Positions 19,918 to 28,898 of a stretch of 64,000 bases of DNA are shown here, one piece after another; positions within the stretch are counted from its first letter, which is position 1, and every line of letters starts with the position of its first letter. The position numbers and the translations under genes were made by a program. The notes beneath the pieces are model-generated. The model ran no database searches and was not told where the DNA came from. It worked only from the letters and a program-made list of their open reading frames with translations. Source of the DNA: a bacterium (GTDB lineage: Bacteria; CLD3; SB21); NCBI GenBank assembly GCA_013360215.1, contig JABWCP010000005.1, forward strand, positions 1 through 64,000, in the 5' to 3' direction.

Positions 19918-20772
19918 TTAAAACCGCGCCGCATTATCTTTGGCAAATTGCTCAAAACCTATCGGATCTTTCCCGGTCATATCGCGCGTCACATTTGAAA
20001 TTTCAGCGGCGTACCCCGCTTTGTTGATCGCATGAAGCTCTAATAACCCGTCAATGGCCCAGTTCGGCATTTGCATTTCTATCATCGCTTTACGCGCCGC
20101 TTCTTCGGGCACGTCCGTGTAGGAAATGCTTTTGCCCGTTGCTTTGGAAAGTATCTTTGAAACTTCGTTGACACTCAATGCTTCGGGACCGGTGATCGTA
20201 TAAGCTTTGCCGGCGTGTCCGCTGTGAGTTAATACATGCGCTGCTACGGCCGCAATATCACGGACGTCCACCCAACTTACTTTGCCTTCACCCAACGGCA
20301 GGTATATTACATCATTTTGAGGTGGAAAGAAATTGATAAAATTTTGCATAAACGAATTGGGACGCAGATGTGTATAAGGAATGCCGCTGGCTTCAATATA
20401 TTTTTCAACTTCGCGATGCCAGCGCACCAAAGTAATACCCGGCTCGGCATCCGCTCCGGCGGCCGATAATTTGACGATGTACTGTACTCCGGCTTTTTTT
20501 GCTGCATCCACGATACGTTTCCCCATCGTGACGGATTCATCGGTAAACGGAGTAAGCATAAATAATTGCTTCACGCCACGGAGTGCATTTTCGATCGAAG
20601 ACGGCAAAGTATAGTCTATGTGTACCGGCACTACATATTCGCTTGCTAAGGTTTCAGCTTTTTTTATATCACGGACTCCCGCTTTCACTTTGACTCCGAG
20701 TGTGGCGAGGTGTTTGAGTAATTGCGAGGCTGTTGTACCGGTCGCACCGGTGATGAATATCGAATTCGACAT
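19918..20772 (-). CDS. NmrA-like atypical SDR oxidoreductase
   Basis: ITGATGT, IVKLS, H..VE..I..SG.PYT.LRPN.FMQN, VDVRDIAAVAA. Confidence 0.9.
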   Translation of the reverse strand: MSNSIFITGATGTTASQLLKHLATLGVKVKAGVRDIKKAETLASEYVVPVHIDYTLPSSIENALRGVKQLFMLTPFTDESVTMGKRIVDAAKKAGVQYIVKLSAAGADAEPGITLVRWHREVEKYIEASGIPYTHLRPNSFMQNFINFFPPQNDVIYLPLGEGKVSWVDVRDIAAVAAHVLTHSGHAGKAYTITGPEALSVNEVSKILSKATGKSISYTDVPEEAARKAMIEMQMPNWAIDGLLELHAINKAGYAAEISNVTRDMTGKDPIGFEQFAKDNAARF

Positions 20773-20874
20773 AAGTTTCTCCTAATAAATGGATTTATAG
20801 GTTGCCAATTAACAATGATAGTGTTAATTTAATCTTAAAGTTACCATTCGTCAAGTAAGCACTATAAAGTATTA

Positions 20875-20894
20875 TAGTATCTAAAAGGATACTA
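20875..20894. promoter_or_regulatory. HxlR/HypR-type operator between the divergent SDR and regulator genes
   Basis: Perfect TAGTATC-N6-GATACTA inverted repeat, matching the GTATC-N6-GATAC pattern known for HxlR/DUF24 regulators. Confidence 0.65.
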
Positions 20895-20906
20895 ATGGAG
20901 TAACAC

Positions 20907-21266
20907 ATGAAAAAGCAATTACCATTTTGTCCGGTCAATGCAACACTCAATGTGATCGGAGGACGCTGGAAACCGGTCATACTCAACCTCCTGCGCGAAG
21001 ATACACTTCGGTTTAGCGCGTTGAAACGCCAAATACCGGGTATAACACAGAAGATGCTCACCCAGCAATTGCGTGAATTAGAACAAGATGGCATCGTTCA
21101 TCGCGAGGTATTTCCCGAGGTACCTCCGAGAGTCGAATATTCGTTGACCGAATTTGGTCAAAGCTTAAAACCTATACTGAAAGCAATGTGCAGTTGGGGA
21201 TCTGAACACCGGCGGTATCTGGACCGTAAATTGAAAGAAAATAGATCCGTCGAAGAAGCCGCATAA
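20907..21266 (+). CDS. HxlR/DUF24 family redox-sensing transcriptional regulator
   Basis: N-terminal CP motif, [42 protein letters not shown]. Confidence 0.93.
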   Translation: MKKQLPFCPVNATLNVIGGRWKPVILNLLREDTLRFSALKRQIPGITQKMLTQQLRELEQDGIVHREVFPEVPPRVEYSLTEFGQSLKPILKAMCSWGSEHRRYLDRKLKENRSVEEAA

Positions 21267-21271
21267 ACACA

Positions 21272-21775
21272 ATGAAACAACCCACACGACTACATAATTT
21301 CATCATCCGCAAGGCTAGCATTGAGGATGTACCTCTGATCTTAAATTTTATCACCGAACTGGCAGAATACGAAAAACTTCGTCATGAAGTCGTCGCAACG
21401 GAAGCTCTTTTACAAAAAAATCTTTTCGATAATAACCCAAAAGCTGAAGTCATCATCGGCGAATTGGATGGAAACCCTGTATGCTTCGCTCTATTTTTTC
21501 ACAATTTTTCGACTTTTTTGGGTAAACCCGGAATTTATTTGGAAGATTTATACGTAAGACCCGCCGTTCGTAGCCAAGGAATAGGCCGTATTATGCTGGC
21601 TTACTTGGCAAAACTGGCTATCGAACGAGACTGTGGACGACTGGAGTGGTGGGTATTAGATTGGAATAAACGGGCCATACAATTTTATGAATCTATCGGC
21701 GCTACACCGATGGACGAGTGGACTGTATTTCGTGTTACCGGCAGAAACCTGGAAGAGTTAAAAAACGAATTCTGA
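21272..21775 (+). CDS. GNAT N-acetyltransferase (spermidine/spermine acetyltransferase-like)
   Basis: ELAEYEKL, FFHNFSTFLGKPGIYLEDLYV, R.QGIG, WVLDWN..AI.FY. Confidence 0.92.
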   Translation: MKQPTRLHNFIIRKASIEDVPLILNFITELAEYEKLRHEVVATEALLQKNLFDNNPKAEVIIGELDGNPVCFALFFHNFSTFLGKPGIYLEDLYVRPAVRSQGIGRIMLAYLAKLAIERDCGRLEWWVLDWNKRAIQFYESIGATPMDEWTVFRVTGRNLEELKNEF

Positions 21776-21970
21776 TCAACGGCTAATCTGTCATTTGATA
21801 AGCGTGAATCTTTCGTGAACAAGTAGAAAGTATTCTGAAATCTTTTACACTAAATATAACTACAGTGATAGATCAAAAGCGGATGTAATCTAGCGCTATT
21901 GTATATAGCAACTTGGTATGGCGTACTTGAAAAGCGGGTTTATTTTTCAGTCAGAAGGAGACGCGATAGC

Positions 21971-22834
21971 CTAGTTGTGCTGAACGTTATTTTGTTTTAC
22001 TGAACGAAAAGTAACCACAGGTACCGGCGAATTATTGACCACTTCGGAGGTAACGCTGCCCATCAATACGCGCTTCAATCCTGTGCGTCCGTGTGTACCC
22101 ATCGCAATAACATCAATTTCATTTTTGACGGCACATTCGATGATGCCGGCCCCTTCGGTATGCGCTTTGACCATCATCGTACGGTAAATCACACCCGTAA
22201 TGTCAATCCTTGAAAGAAAACGCTCAAAATCATCCTGAATGCTTTTTTCCGTTTCGTTTTTATGCGAAACAGAAACATAAACGAGCGTCAATTCGCATGC
22301 AAAATCCCGTGCATAGGCAATAATTTGTTTCATCGTTTGACGGCACATATCTGAAAAATCAACAGGAATGAGCATTCTGCAAATATGGTTGGCATCACGT
22401 TTTTGGCGAATGGTCATCACGGGACAAGGCGCCTGGCGCACTATGCGTTCAGCATTGGAGCCGATGATCGCATTGATGCCACTTTCCCCATGCGTACCCA
22501 TGATGATCATATCCGCCTTGATATTGCGCGCCGTTTCGACAATCTGATAATACGGCCTGCCGATCACCACGTGTTTATGTCCCACGACCCCGTGGTGCAA
22601 GCGCTGAATCGTATCGTCTAATTTTTTGTCGGCATAACTCGTTACATTATCCGATAACTGGTGCAGGTCGTTATCCCCGTAAGGCCCCATGGGGTTAAGC
22701 AAATACGTCGCTTCATCCACATACAAAAACTCCAGCGAAGCTTTATATTTTTTTGCGGTCAGTACAGCATATTCCAACGCCGCATCGGCGCAATCCGAAA
22801 AATCGGTCGGAAATAATATTTTATCTATTTTCAT
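21971..22834 (-). CDS. Universal stress protein, tandem USP domains
   Basis: ILFPTDFS...MGTHG...GSNAE.IVR.APCPV and LIPVDFS...MGTHGRTG...GSVT.EVV...PVPV. Confidence 0.93.
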   Translation of the reverse strand: MKIDKILFPTDFSDCADAALEYAVLTAKKYKASLEFLYVDEATYLLNPMGPYGDNDLHQLSDNVTSYADKKLDDTIQRLHHGVVGHKHVVIGRPYYQIVETARNIKADMIIMGTHGESGINAIIGSNAERIVRQAPCPVMTIRQKRDANHICRMLIPVDFSDMCRQTMKQIIAYARDFACELTLVYVSVSHKNETEKSIQDDFERFLSRIDITGVIYRTMMVKAHTEGAGIIECAVKNEIDVIAMGTHGRTGLKRVLMGSVTSEVVNNSPVPVVTFRSVKQNNVQHN

Positions 22835-22919
22835 ATCATAACTCCTGCCATCCTACCTAAAAATAGGATAACTCGTAAAAACACAAAACGACGCGTATCA
22901 TGCTAAACGATGATAATGA

Positions 22920-24404
22920 TCACTCAATTTTTGTGCCCATTTTGGCTTGTCGTTCGGTTGCTTTTTTATCCCATTCCGGCAAAACATTTTTTATAAACTC
23001 ATCTTTTGCCGCTTTAAGTTTTGTCATGTCCAGACCGATAAACGCCTGCGCCTTTTCTTTCGTTGTGATATCAGGCATCGTGATCGGCCACGCTACGCCT
23101 TTGGCCATCAAAACCTGCGATAATAAAATCCGGGCTTCCTGTGCCTTTTGGATGCCTGCGCCTAAAACGCGCGCCGCCTCAAGCGGTGCATGAAACGAAC
23201 CACCGTGACTCGCGGCAACATAGTCCCAGCGCCACTGTGCCTGGCGTATCAATTGTAACGCCGGCTTCATTTCATTCTCAGTTGCACCTTTTTCCCATGC
23301 TGTTTTGGCTTCGATATGTGCTTTGGCTAAAACGTCTTCCAGGCGTGAACGCACTTCGATCACTTTGTCCTGACGATCATTCACATTTTTTCGAAGCGTC
23401 TCTTCGCTCTCGCGATGGCACACCTGACACGAACCGGCGATATTGTTAAGCGGACTTTGGATTTTATGGTCGGTAAACTTAACGCCGCCCTGGCTACGGT
23501 ACGGCATATGACAATCCGCACAGGATACACCGCGTTCTGCGTGAATACCTGTTTTGAAAATTTCGTAATCCGGATGCTGCGCTTTGAGCATCGGCGCTTT
23601 ACTTACGGCATGTACCCAATCTACATGTTGTACCGAGTCATAATAAGACTCCATCTGTTCCGCCGTAAATCCCTTGTCCCAAGGGAAAGTCAGATACTTG
23701 TCCTCTTTTCCTTTAAAATAATACTCGACATGGCACTGTGCGCAAACCAATGAACGCATATCTTGATGATTTGATTTTTCCACATCCATACCGCGTCGTT
23801 TAAAAGCTTCGGCTAATGCAGGGCGCGTAATGCGAAGATTCATCGTCTTTGGATCATGGCAATCCTGACAACCGATGGGATTAACTATTTCATGGCCAAG
23901 ATTATCCCATTTTTCTTTATAAAAATTGGGAGCGCCGCGTTCATTCATTACGCGCGGTACATCCGTGCTTTTGCATGTCCAGCACGTACCGGGCTGCGGA
24001 GCGCCGGTGCGCAAGGTTTTCCGAATATCTTCGACCGCATAATAATGACCGCGGGCTTGTTTAAAATCTTTAGAAAATGCATAACCGGCAAAAAGAATAA
24101 CTACATTCGGATATTCAGCAAGTACATCGCGGGTTGCGCTCCCGCCATGTTTGCTGCGAAACGATGTATCTTGCGTACTCATATACGTTTCATATTCGCG
24201 CGGAAAATTTTCACCCCACACTTCATTGCGCGGTTCCCAATCAGCGATTGGTTTGACCATTTGAAACAATGTTTTCTCTTCACCGCGACGCTCCATCACG
24301 GTATTGGCAAACATGCCAACGAGAAACACAATGCCCACGGTTGCAAAAAAAAGCAACCAACCGATCCACGGCTTTTCCTGAACCGTTTGGATAATGTTTT
24401 TCAT
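22920..24404 (-). CDS. nrfA: Ammonia-forming cytochrome c552 nitrite reductase
   Basis: Active-site CWTCK plus CQDCH, CAQCH, CADCH, CQVCH. Also HVEYYF and KAQHP.YE. Confidence 0.97.
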   Translation of the reverse strand: MKNIIQTVQEKPWIGWLLFFATVGIVFLVGMFANTVMERRGEEKTLFQMVKPIADWEPRNEVWGENFPREYETYMSTQDTSFRSKHGGSATRDVLAEYPNVVILFAGYAFSKDFKQARGHYYAVEDIRKTLRTGAPQPGTCWTCKSTDVPRVMNERGAPNFYKEKWDNLGHEIVNPIGCQDCHDPKTMNLRITRPALAEAFKRRGMDVEKSNHQDMRSLVCAQCHVEYYFKGKEDKYLTFPWDKGFTAEQMESYYDSVQHVDWVHAVSKAPMLKAQHPDYEIFKTGIHAERGVSCADCHMPYRSQGGVKFTDHKIQSPLNNIAGSCQVCHRESEETLRKNVNDRQDKVIEVRSRLEDVLAKAHIEAKTAWEKGATENEMKPALQLIRQAQWRWDYVAASHGGSFHAPLEAARVLGAGIQKAQEARILLSQVLMAKGVAWPITMPDITTKEKAQAFIGLDMTKLKAAKDEFIKNVLPEWDKKATERQAKMGTKIE

Positions 24405-24419
24405 ACTGTAAACCTCGAT

Positions 24420-25046
24420 TTAAGGGTGAAGCGTAGTATCTAAATTTGTTTTTTGCGGATTTTTTAAAAACGATTCCATCCAATCCGGCATAACCTTGGC
24501 CAAACGAGGGACGCGTGCATAGGGCGTGGAGGCCAGGCTATTGACGCGACCGTGTGGCGTTTCACGGTGGCATTGCCAGCAAAGAAGGCCTTCACCGTGC
24601 CGAGATTCAGCATACGAAGTACGCCCCGCTGAAACACGTTCAGTAAGACTGTTGTGACAACGTTGGCAGTTTTCCTGCACAACCGCCGCTCCGGCTTCTT
24701 TGATCTGAATTACCTGCGGTTCCATGCGTAACGTAAACATTGTGGCGTGACGAAGCCCGTCTTGCGCTTTAAAAAAATACTTTCGAATTATATTATCGTG
24801 CGGAACATGACAGTCGTTGCATACCGCAACGCGTGCATGGCTTCCGTGTTGCCAGGTTGCAAATTGCGGCGCCATAACATGGCAATTGACGCACGTAGCC
24901 GGATCATCCGATAGATATGAAACAGCATTGGAAATTTTGAGAATCACCAATCCCAAGCCAAAAAGAATACCCATGAGAATTAAAACAGGGAACCGCCACT
25001 GATCAGGCGGTATAACCAGCACAATAAGTTCTCGCAGTTTTCTCAT
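24420..25046 (-). CDS. nrfH: Cytochrome c nitrite reductase small subunit (NapC/NirT family)
   Basis: TM anchor, SYLSDDP, four CxxCH (CVNCH, CNDCH, CQRCH, CWQCH). Directly upstream of nrfA. Confidence 0.96.
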   Translation of the reverse strand: MRKLRELIVLVIPPDQWRFPVLILMGILFGLGLVILKISNAVSYLSDDPATCVNCHVMAPQFATWQHGSHARVAVCNDCHVPHDNIIRKYFFKAQDGLRHATMFTLRMEPQVIQIKEAGAAVVQENCQRCHNSLTERVSAGRTSYAESRHGEGLLCWQCHRETPHGRVNSLASTPYARVPRLAKVMPDWMESFLKNPQKTNLDTTLHP

Positions 25047-25137
25047 AATGCTCTGATTCCAAAAGCTTTTTATATAAAAAAGACAACACTATCTCAAATT
25101 TAACAGTAAATCTTACTGAAATCACACAGAGCACACC

Positions 25138-25151
25138 ATGACAAAAGTCAT
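25138..25151. promoter_or_regulatory. Crp/Fnr-like palindrome upstream of nrfHA
   Basis: ATGAC-AAAA-GTCAT perfect palindrome. A related TGACAATTATCA lies at 25222-25233. Confidence 0.55.
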
Positions 25152-25656
25152 TAAAATATTGATTTACGGGTCAGCTACGAAATGAACGAATATCAAAAAA
25201 AAACGATGTTTTTTTTATAACTGACAATTATCACTTACAAACCCCCATACTGTCAGATGATTTGTATATGCTTAAAAAACGAATAACATCAAAAAATAGA
25301 ATCAATATTGGGCTTTTTTTGATTTTTCGAACTTTGAAATGCACTATTGGCGACGATACATTGCGTCAACCTGCCAGATAATGACGCGCTAGAACGTTGT
25401 AGCGCGGGAGAGGGAATATGCAAAGCGTTCTTCTTGTATACTAGAAAGCTCGCTGAGTCATCAGGATAAAAGAAAAAAGTATCAATCTTAAATCTTATTC
25501 ACAACGCCTACGTGTGAAGTGATTGTTTTGAAAAAATCATTGCGGTCGTGTCGAATCAATACCTCCTCATACATGCCGCCCATTCGACTAACTCGGATGT
25601 ATTCATTCGTTGACCGGTATTGTCGCCTCAGAAAGTCACGTATCGCTTGCGTTCTC

Positions 25657-27696
25657 TCACGGTGCCGGTTGGCGTAACCACTGATCAAACCATGTGTGTA
25701 CAGTCTGGTACCATAAACGCCCGTTCTGCGGTTTGAGTATCCAATGTCCTTCGTCGGGGTAATACAAAAACTTGGAAGGAATGCCTTTGCGCTGCAATAC
25801 TTGAAAAAGATTTACACCTTCGATAACCGGTACACGATAATCCAGTTCACCATGCACGACGAGCGTCGGTGTTTTAAAATTTTGCACATAGTTATACGGT
25901 GACCATTTTTCAAACGTCTCCCGATTAGCGCCTTCCCAATAAGGGCCGCCCATTTCCCATTCATCAAACCACATTTCTTCGGTGCCGCCATACATATTAA
26001 ATTTATTCATAATACTTGCATGGCTTACAAAACATTTAAAACGATCCGTGTGCCCGTTCATCCAATTCATCATATATCCGCCGTAACTTCCGCCCGCCGC
26101 ACCGATACGATCTTTATCAATGAAACTATAGGTCGAACAGATATAATCCATACCTTTCATCAGATCTTCGTACGGTTTGCCACCCCAGTCCATTCGTATT
26201 TCATCGGTAAACTGCTGCCCATAGCCTGTTGATCCGCGAGGATTGACCATCACAACGACATAACCGGGTGCAGCAAAAAGCATCGGATTCCATCGCCAAC
26301 TCCATGTGTCGTTCCAGGCGTTTTGCGGTCCGCCATGCACCAAATACACTACCGGATATTTTTGAGCCGGGTCAAACTTCGGCGGTTTCACCAAAAAACC
26401 GTGTACGGGTGTATTGTTCGCTCCGATAAACCAAAATTCTTCAGGCGCGGCCATTTCCAATGCGGCTAACTTCGCTGTATTTACATTACTGAGCGGCGTA
26501 CTTTTTTTTCCGTCCTCGCTTACGGCAAAAATTTCACTCGGCATACGCATACTACTCCGGCGAACAATAACCGCTCCTTGCGCTACATCCGACAAGAGGT
26601 CAAATGTTTTTGTGGTGATTTTTTTAGGTTCACCACCACTAACGGATATTTGAAAAACCGGATGGTAACCCTGATCCTCCGCATCAAAATAAATAGATTT
26701 GCCATCGCGCGACCACACCAACGTTCCGACCGAACGATCAAATTTTTCCGTCAGATTTTTCGTTTTTCCGGTGGCTACTTCATACAGTTTGAGATCCGTT
26801 TGATCCGCTTCATATCCTGCACGTTCCATCGAACAGTAGGCGATATACTTACCGTCTGGCGAATAAACACCATTATTATCTACGCCGGGACTAGTGGAAA
26901 TTTTTTTAGGCTCACCGCCGATTACCGGCATCGTCCATACATCGTTATTGGTGGACCAGGCTATTTTAGGATCCGTATTCATCGTAAAAATGATCGTCTT
27001 ACCGTCCGGCGAGAAACCAAAATCATGAGCACCGCCCAGATCAATCGGAGGCACATCATAGTCTCCTGCGATCATATCGGATATTTTGCCTGTCGCCACC
27101 TCCAAAAGAAGAAGTTGACTACGTTTACCGTCTTTAAACGAATCCCAAACGCGGAATGGCAATTTGTCAATGAGCTGCGCTTTGACTTTGCTGTTTTCGG
27201 CCGCATCGTTATGAGCGCGATTACAATCATCCGTTTCACAATCCGGAAACACATCCGACGTAAAGAGAATGTATTGGCCGTTAGGCGACCATACCAATCC
27301 GTTACCTGAAACCTGCGTGGAAAGATTCGTCACACGTTTTGGTTCGCCACCGTCCAATGCCATAGTCCATATTTGAAAACCACCAAGCCGATTGGATAAA
27401 AATGCTATAGTTTTACCATCGGGTGACCAGATCGGCGTAATATCTTTGGTCGGTGAAAAAGTCAACTGGCGCGAAGTTTTACCATCTACCGATGTCAGAA
27501 AAATATTGGAAGTATACGTATTGGATTCCAGCGAGTATTTACGCACGTTGTACAAGACCCAATTACCGTCCGGTGAAACAGCCGGTTCGTCCACACGCCG
27601 CAAATCTGCAAAAGCTTCGTATGTCAGAATTTTTTTATCCTGCGCGATTAAAACCGCAGAAAACAATGTTATCACTAATAAAATTTGACGTAGCAT
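25657..27696 (-). CDS. S9 family peptidase (dipeptidyl aminopeptidase/acylaminoacyl peptidase) with PD40 propeller
   Basis: Signal peptide, SPDG repeats, VHGGP, GGSYGG nucleophile, ELDYRVP, DEGH. Confidence 0.94.
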   Translation of the reverse strand: MLRQILLVITLFSAVLIAQDKKILTYEAFADLRRVDEPAVSPDGNWVLYNVRKYSLESNTYTSNIFLTSVDGKTSRQLTFSPTKDITPIWSPDGKTIAFLSNRLGGFQIWTMALDGGEPKRVTNLSTQVSGNGLVWSPNGQYILFTSDVFPDCETDDCNRAHNDAAENSKVKAQLIDKLPFRVWDSFKDGKRSQLLLLEVATGKISDMIAGDYDVPPIDLGGAHDFGFSPDGKTIIFTMNTDPKIAWSTNNDVWTMPVIGGEPKKISTSPGVDNNGVYSPDGKYIAYCSMERAGYEADQTDLKLYEVATGKTKNLTEKFDRSVGTLVWSRDGKSIYFDAEDQGYHPVFQISVSGGEPKKITTKTFDLLSDVAQGAVIVRRSSMRMPSEIFAVSEDGKKSTPLSNVNTAKLAALEMAAPEEFWFIGANNTPVHGFLVKPPKFDPAQKYPVVYLVHGGPQNAWNDTWSWRWNPMLFAAPGYVVVMVNPRGSTGYGQQFTDEIRMDWGGKPYEDLMKGMDYICSTYSFIDKDRIGAAGGSYGGYMMNWMNGHTDRFKCFVSHASIMNKFNMYGGTEEMWFDEWEMGGPYWEGANRETFEKWSPYNYVQNFKTPTLVVHGELDYRVPVIEGVNLFQVLQRKGIPSKFLYYPDEGHWILKPQNGRLWYQTVHTWFDQWLRQPAP

Positions 27697-27811
27697 AATC
27701 TATCCTCATGTAATAAATGATATACTAAGTAGTACTTAAAAAATAATTTTAGTTTAGGCAAGATGCAAGTAGCAGCTTTACAAACGAGATGATTATGACT
27801 TGAGAATAAGC

Positions 27812-27850
27812 AAAAAAAAAGCGCCACAGAACCCATCTAACTGTGGCGCT
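27812..27850 (-). terminator. Rho-independent terminator
   Basis: AGCGCCACAG / CTGTGGCGCT 10-bp stem followed by a U9 tract on the minus strand. Confidence 0.85.
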
Positions 27851-27914
27851 TGCACGTTATCCCGAAACCCTAAAATCAGAATAACGAACCCTAAACCCAA
27901 AAAAGGAGAAAAAT

Positions 27915-27949
27915 TTCAAAAAACTGAAGTTAAAATTCAAAAAACTGAA
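27915..27949. repeat. Tandem 14-bp direct repeat with 21-bp period
   Basis: TTCAAAAAACTGAA at 27915-27928 and 27936-27949. Each copy is a TTCA-N6-TGAA palindrome. Confidence 0.8.
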
Positions 27950-28029
27950 TTATTTTAACTCTATTTTATTCTTAAGTTTATAATTTACAAATTTCGAAGA
28001 ACATTCTCATTGCTTACACATATTATATA

Positions 28030-28046
28030 AACAATACTTATGCCAA
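28030..28046 (-). promoter_or_regulatory. Sigma-54-like promoter (-24/-12)
   Basis: Minus strand reads TTGGCATAAGTATTGTT, compared with consensus TGGCACG-N4-TTGC. Spacing is correct; the -12 C is replaced by T. Confidence 0.45.
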
Positions 28047-28077
28047 AAACATCTTTGAGTAAAATCTTAAGATTTTA

Positions 28078-28779
28078 TCAAAAACCTCGCAATAAAAAGC
28101 TGAGGTCGGCGCCCGTGTTATAGAGTTGAGGCGTATTACCTTTGGTAAACAATTTTGCTCCGTTTTTTCCTTTGAGAGTTAAGGTGTCACCCTCACGCCG
28201 AATGAGTGCACCCTCCCTGAGACCAAGCACTGGAGCATTATTGACTTCATGAAATTCCGATATACGCTGGTCACGGGTTTCACCCATATGTTGGGTCGAA
28301 GGATCAGGGTCTATGTAATGCGGATTAATATTAAATGGCACCAGATTGAGTGCTTCAAAACTCGGCGGATAAACGATCGGCATATCGTTGGTCGTCTTGA
28401 TGGAAATAGTAGCCACATTGGTACCGGCACTTGCACCGAGATACAACATGCCGTCGCTTACGCGATGGCGAATAAGATCAATCAAATCCTCGTCATATAT
28501 TTTTTTTAAAAGCCGAAATGTATTCCCTCCGCCGATGTGTATCGCTTCGGCTTCGGTTACCATTTTACGCGGATCGTTTTCGTGAATCCCGGTCACACGT
28601 ATTCCCATCGCCGCATACCGATCCCTTGTTTTTTTTGTGTATGCATTCAGATCATCTAATGCGTATGGTACAAATACAATTTGTTTTATCGCGCCTAAAA
28701 AATCAACGATCTCCGCAGCCCAGTGATCTAGATAATTTTCACCAAAGTTGGTCGAATTACTGCATAATAATAACCGCAT
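28078..28779 (-). CDS. pepE: Dipeptidase E (peptidase S51)
   Basis: LLL.SNST, FVPYA, IGGGNTF.LL, G.SAG.N, TTNDMPI, INPHY, GETR..RI.EF. ATG at 28779. Confidence 0.95.
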   Translation of the reverse strand: MRLLLCSNSTNFGENYLDHWAAEIVDFLGAIKQIVFVPYALDDLNAYTKKTRDRYAAMGIRVTGIHENDPRKMVTEAEAIHIGGGNTFRLLKKIYDEDLIDLIRHRVSDGMLYLGASAGTNVATISIKTTNDMPIVYPPSFEALNLVPFNINPHYIDPDPSTQHMGETRDQRISEFHEVNNAPVLGLREGALIRREGDTLTLKGKNGAKLFTKGNTPQLYNTGADLSFLLRGF

Positions 28780-28898
28780 AAATAACTCCCTATAGTTATG
28801 GTCTGCCGAAATTAAGCAAAAATTCCGATTTACAAAAGACATCCGTCATGAATAGATGGTTACCTATACTTAGAAGAGAACAAAAAACGAGGGAAGTT

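Larger units (their letters stand above)
27812..28020 (-). ncRNA. Candidate small RNA of about 200 nt, possibly sigma-54 dependent
   Basis: Bounded by a -24/-12-like motif and a strong terminator. Contains hairpins with GGGUU loops and no credible ORF. Confidence 0.4.

Noticed and set aside
25420-25470. CUGAUGA followed by a small hairpin on the minus strand, suggesting a hammerhead ribozyme
   Set aside because: No GAAA after stem II, and stems I and III cannot be formed.
25488-25688. 66-aa minus-strand ORF after the S9 peptidase
   Set aside because: It overlaps the peptidase 3' end, has no RBS or recognisable motif, and is probably spurious.
27812-27950. Short repeats as a possible CRISPR array or telomere-like (TTTAGGG) tract
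   Set aside because: Only two copies of each unit, no 30-40 bp unique spacers and no cas genes. Better explained as RNA or operator motifs.
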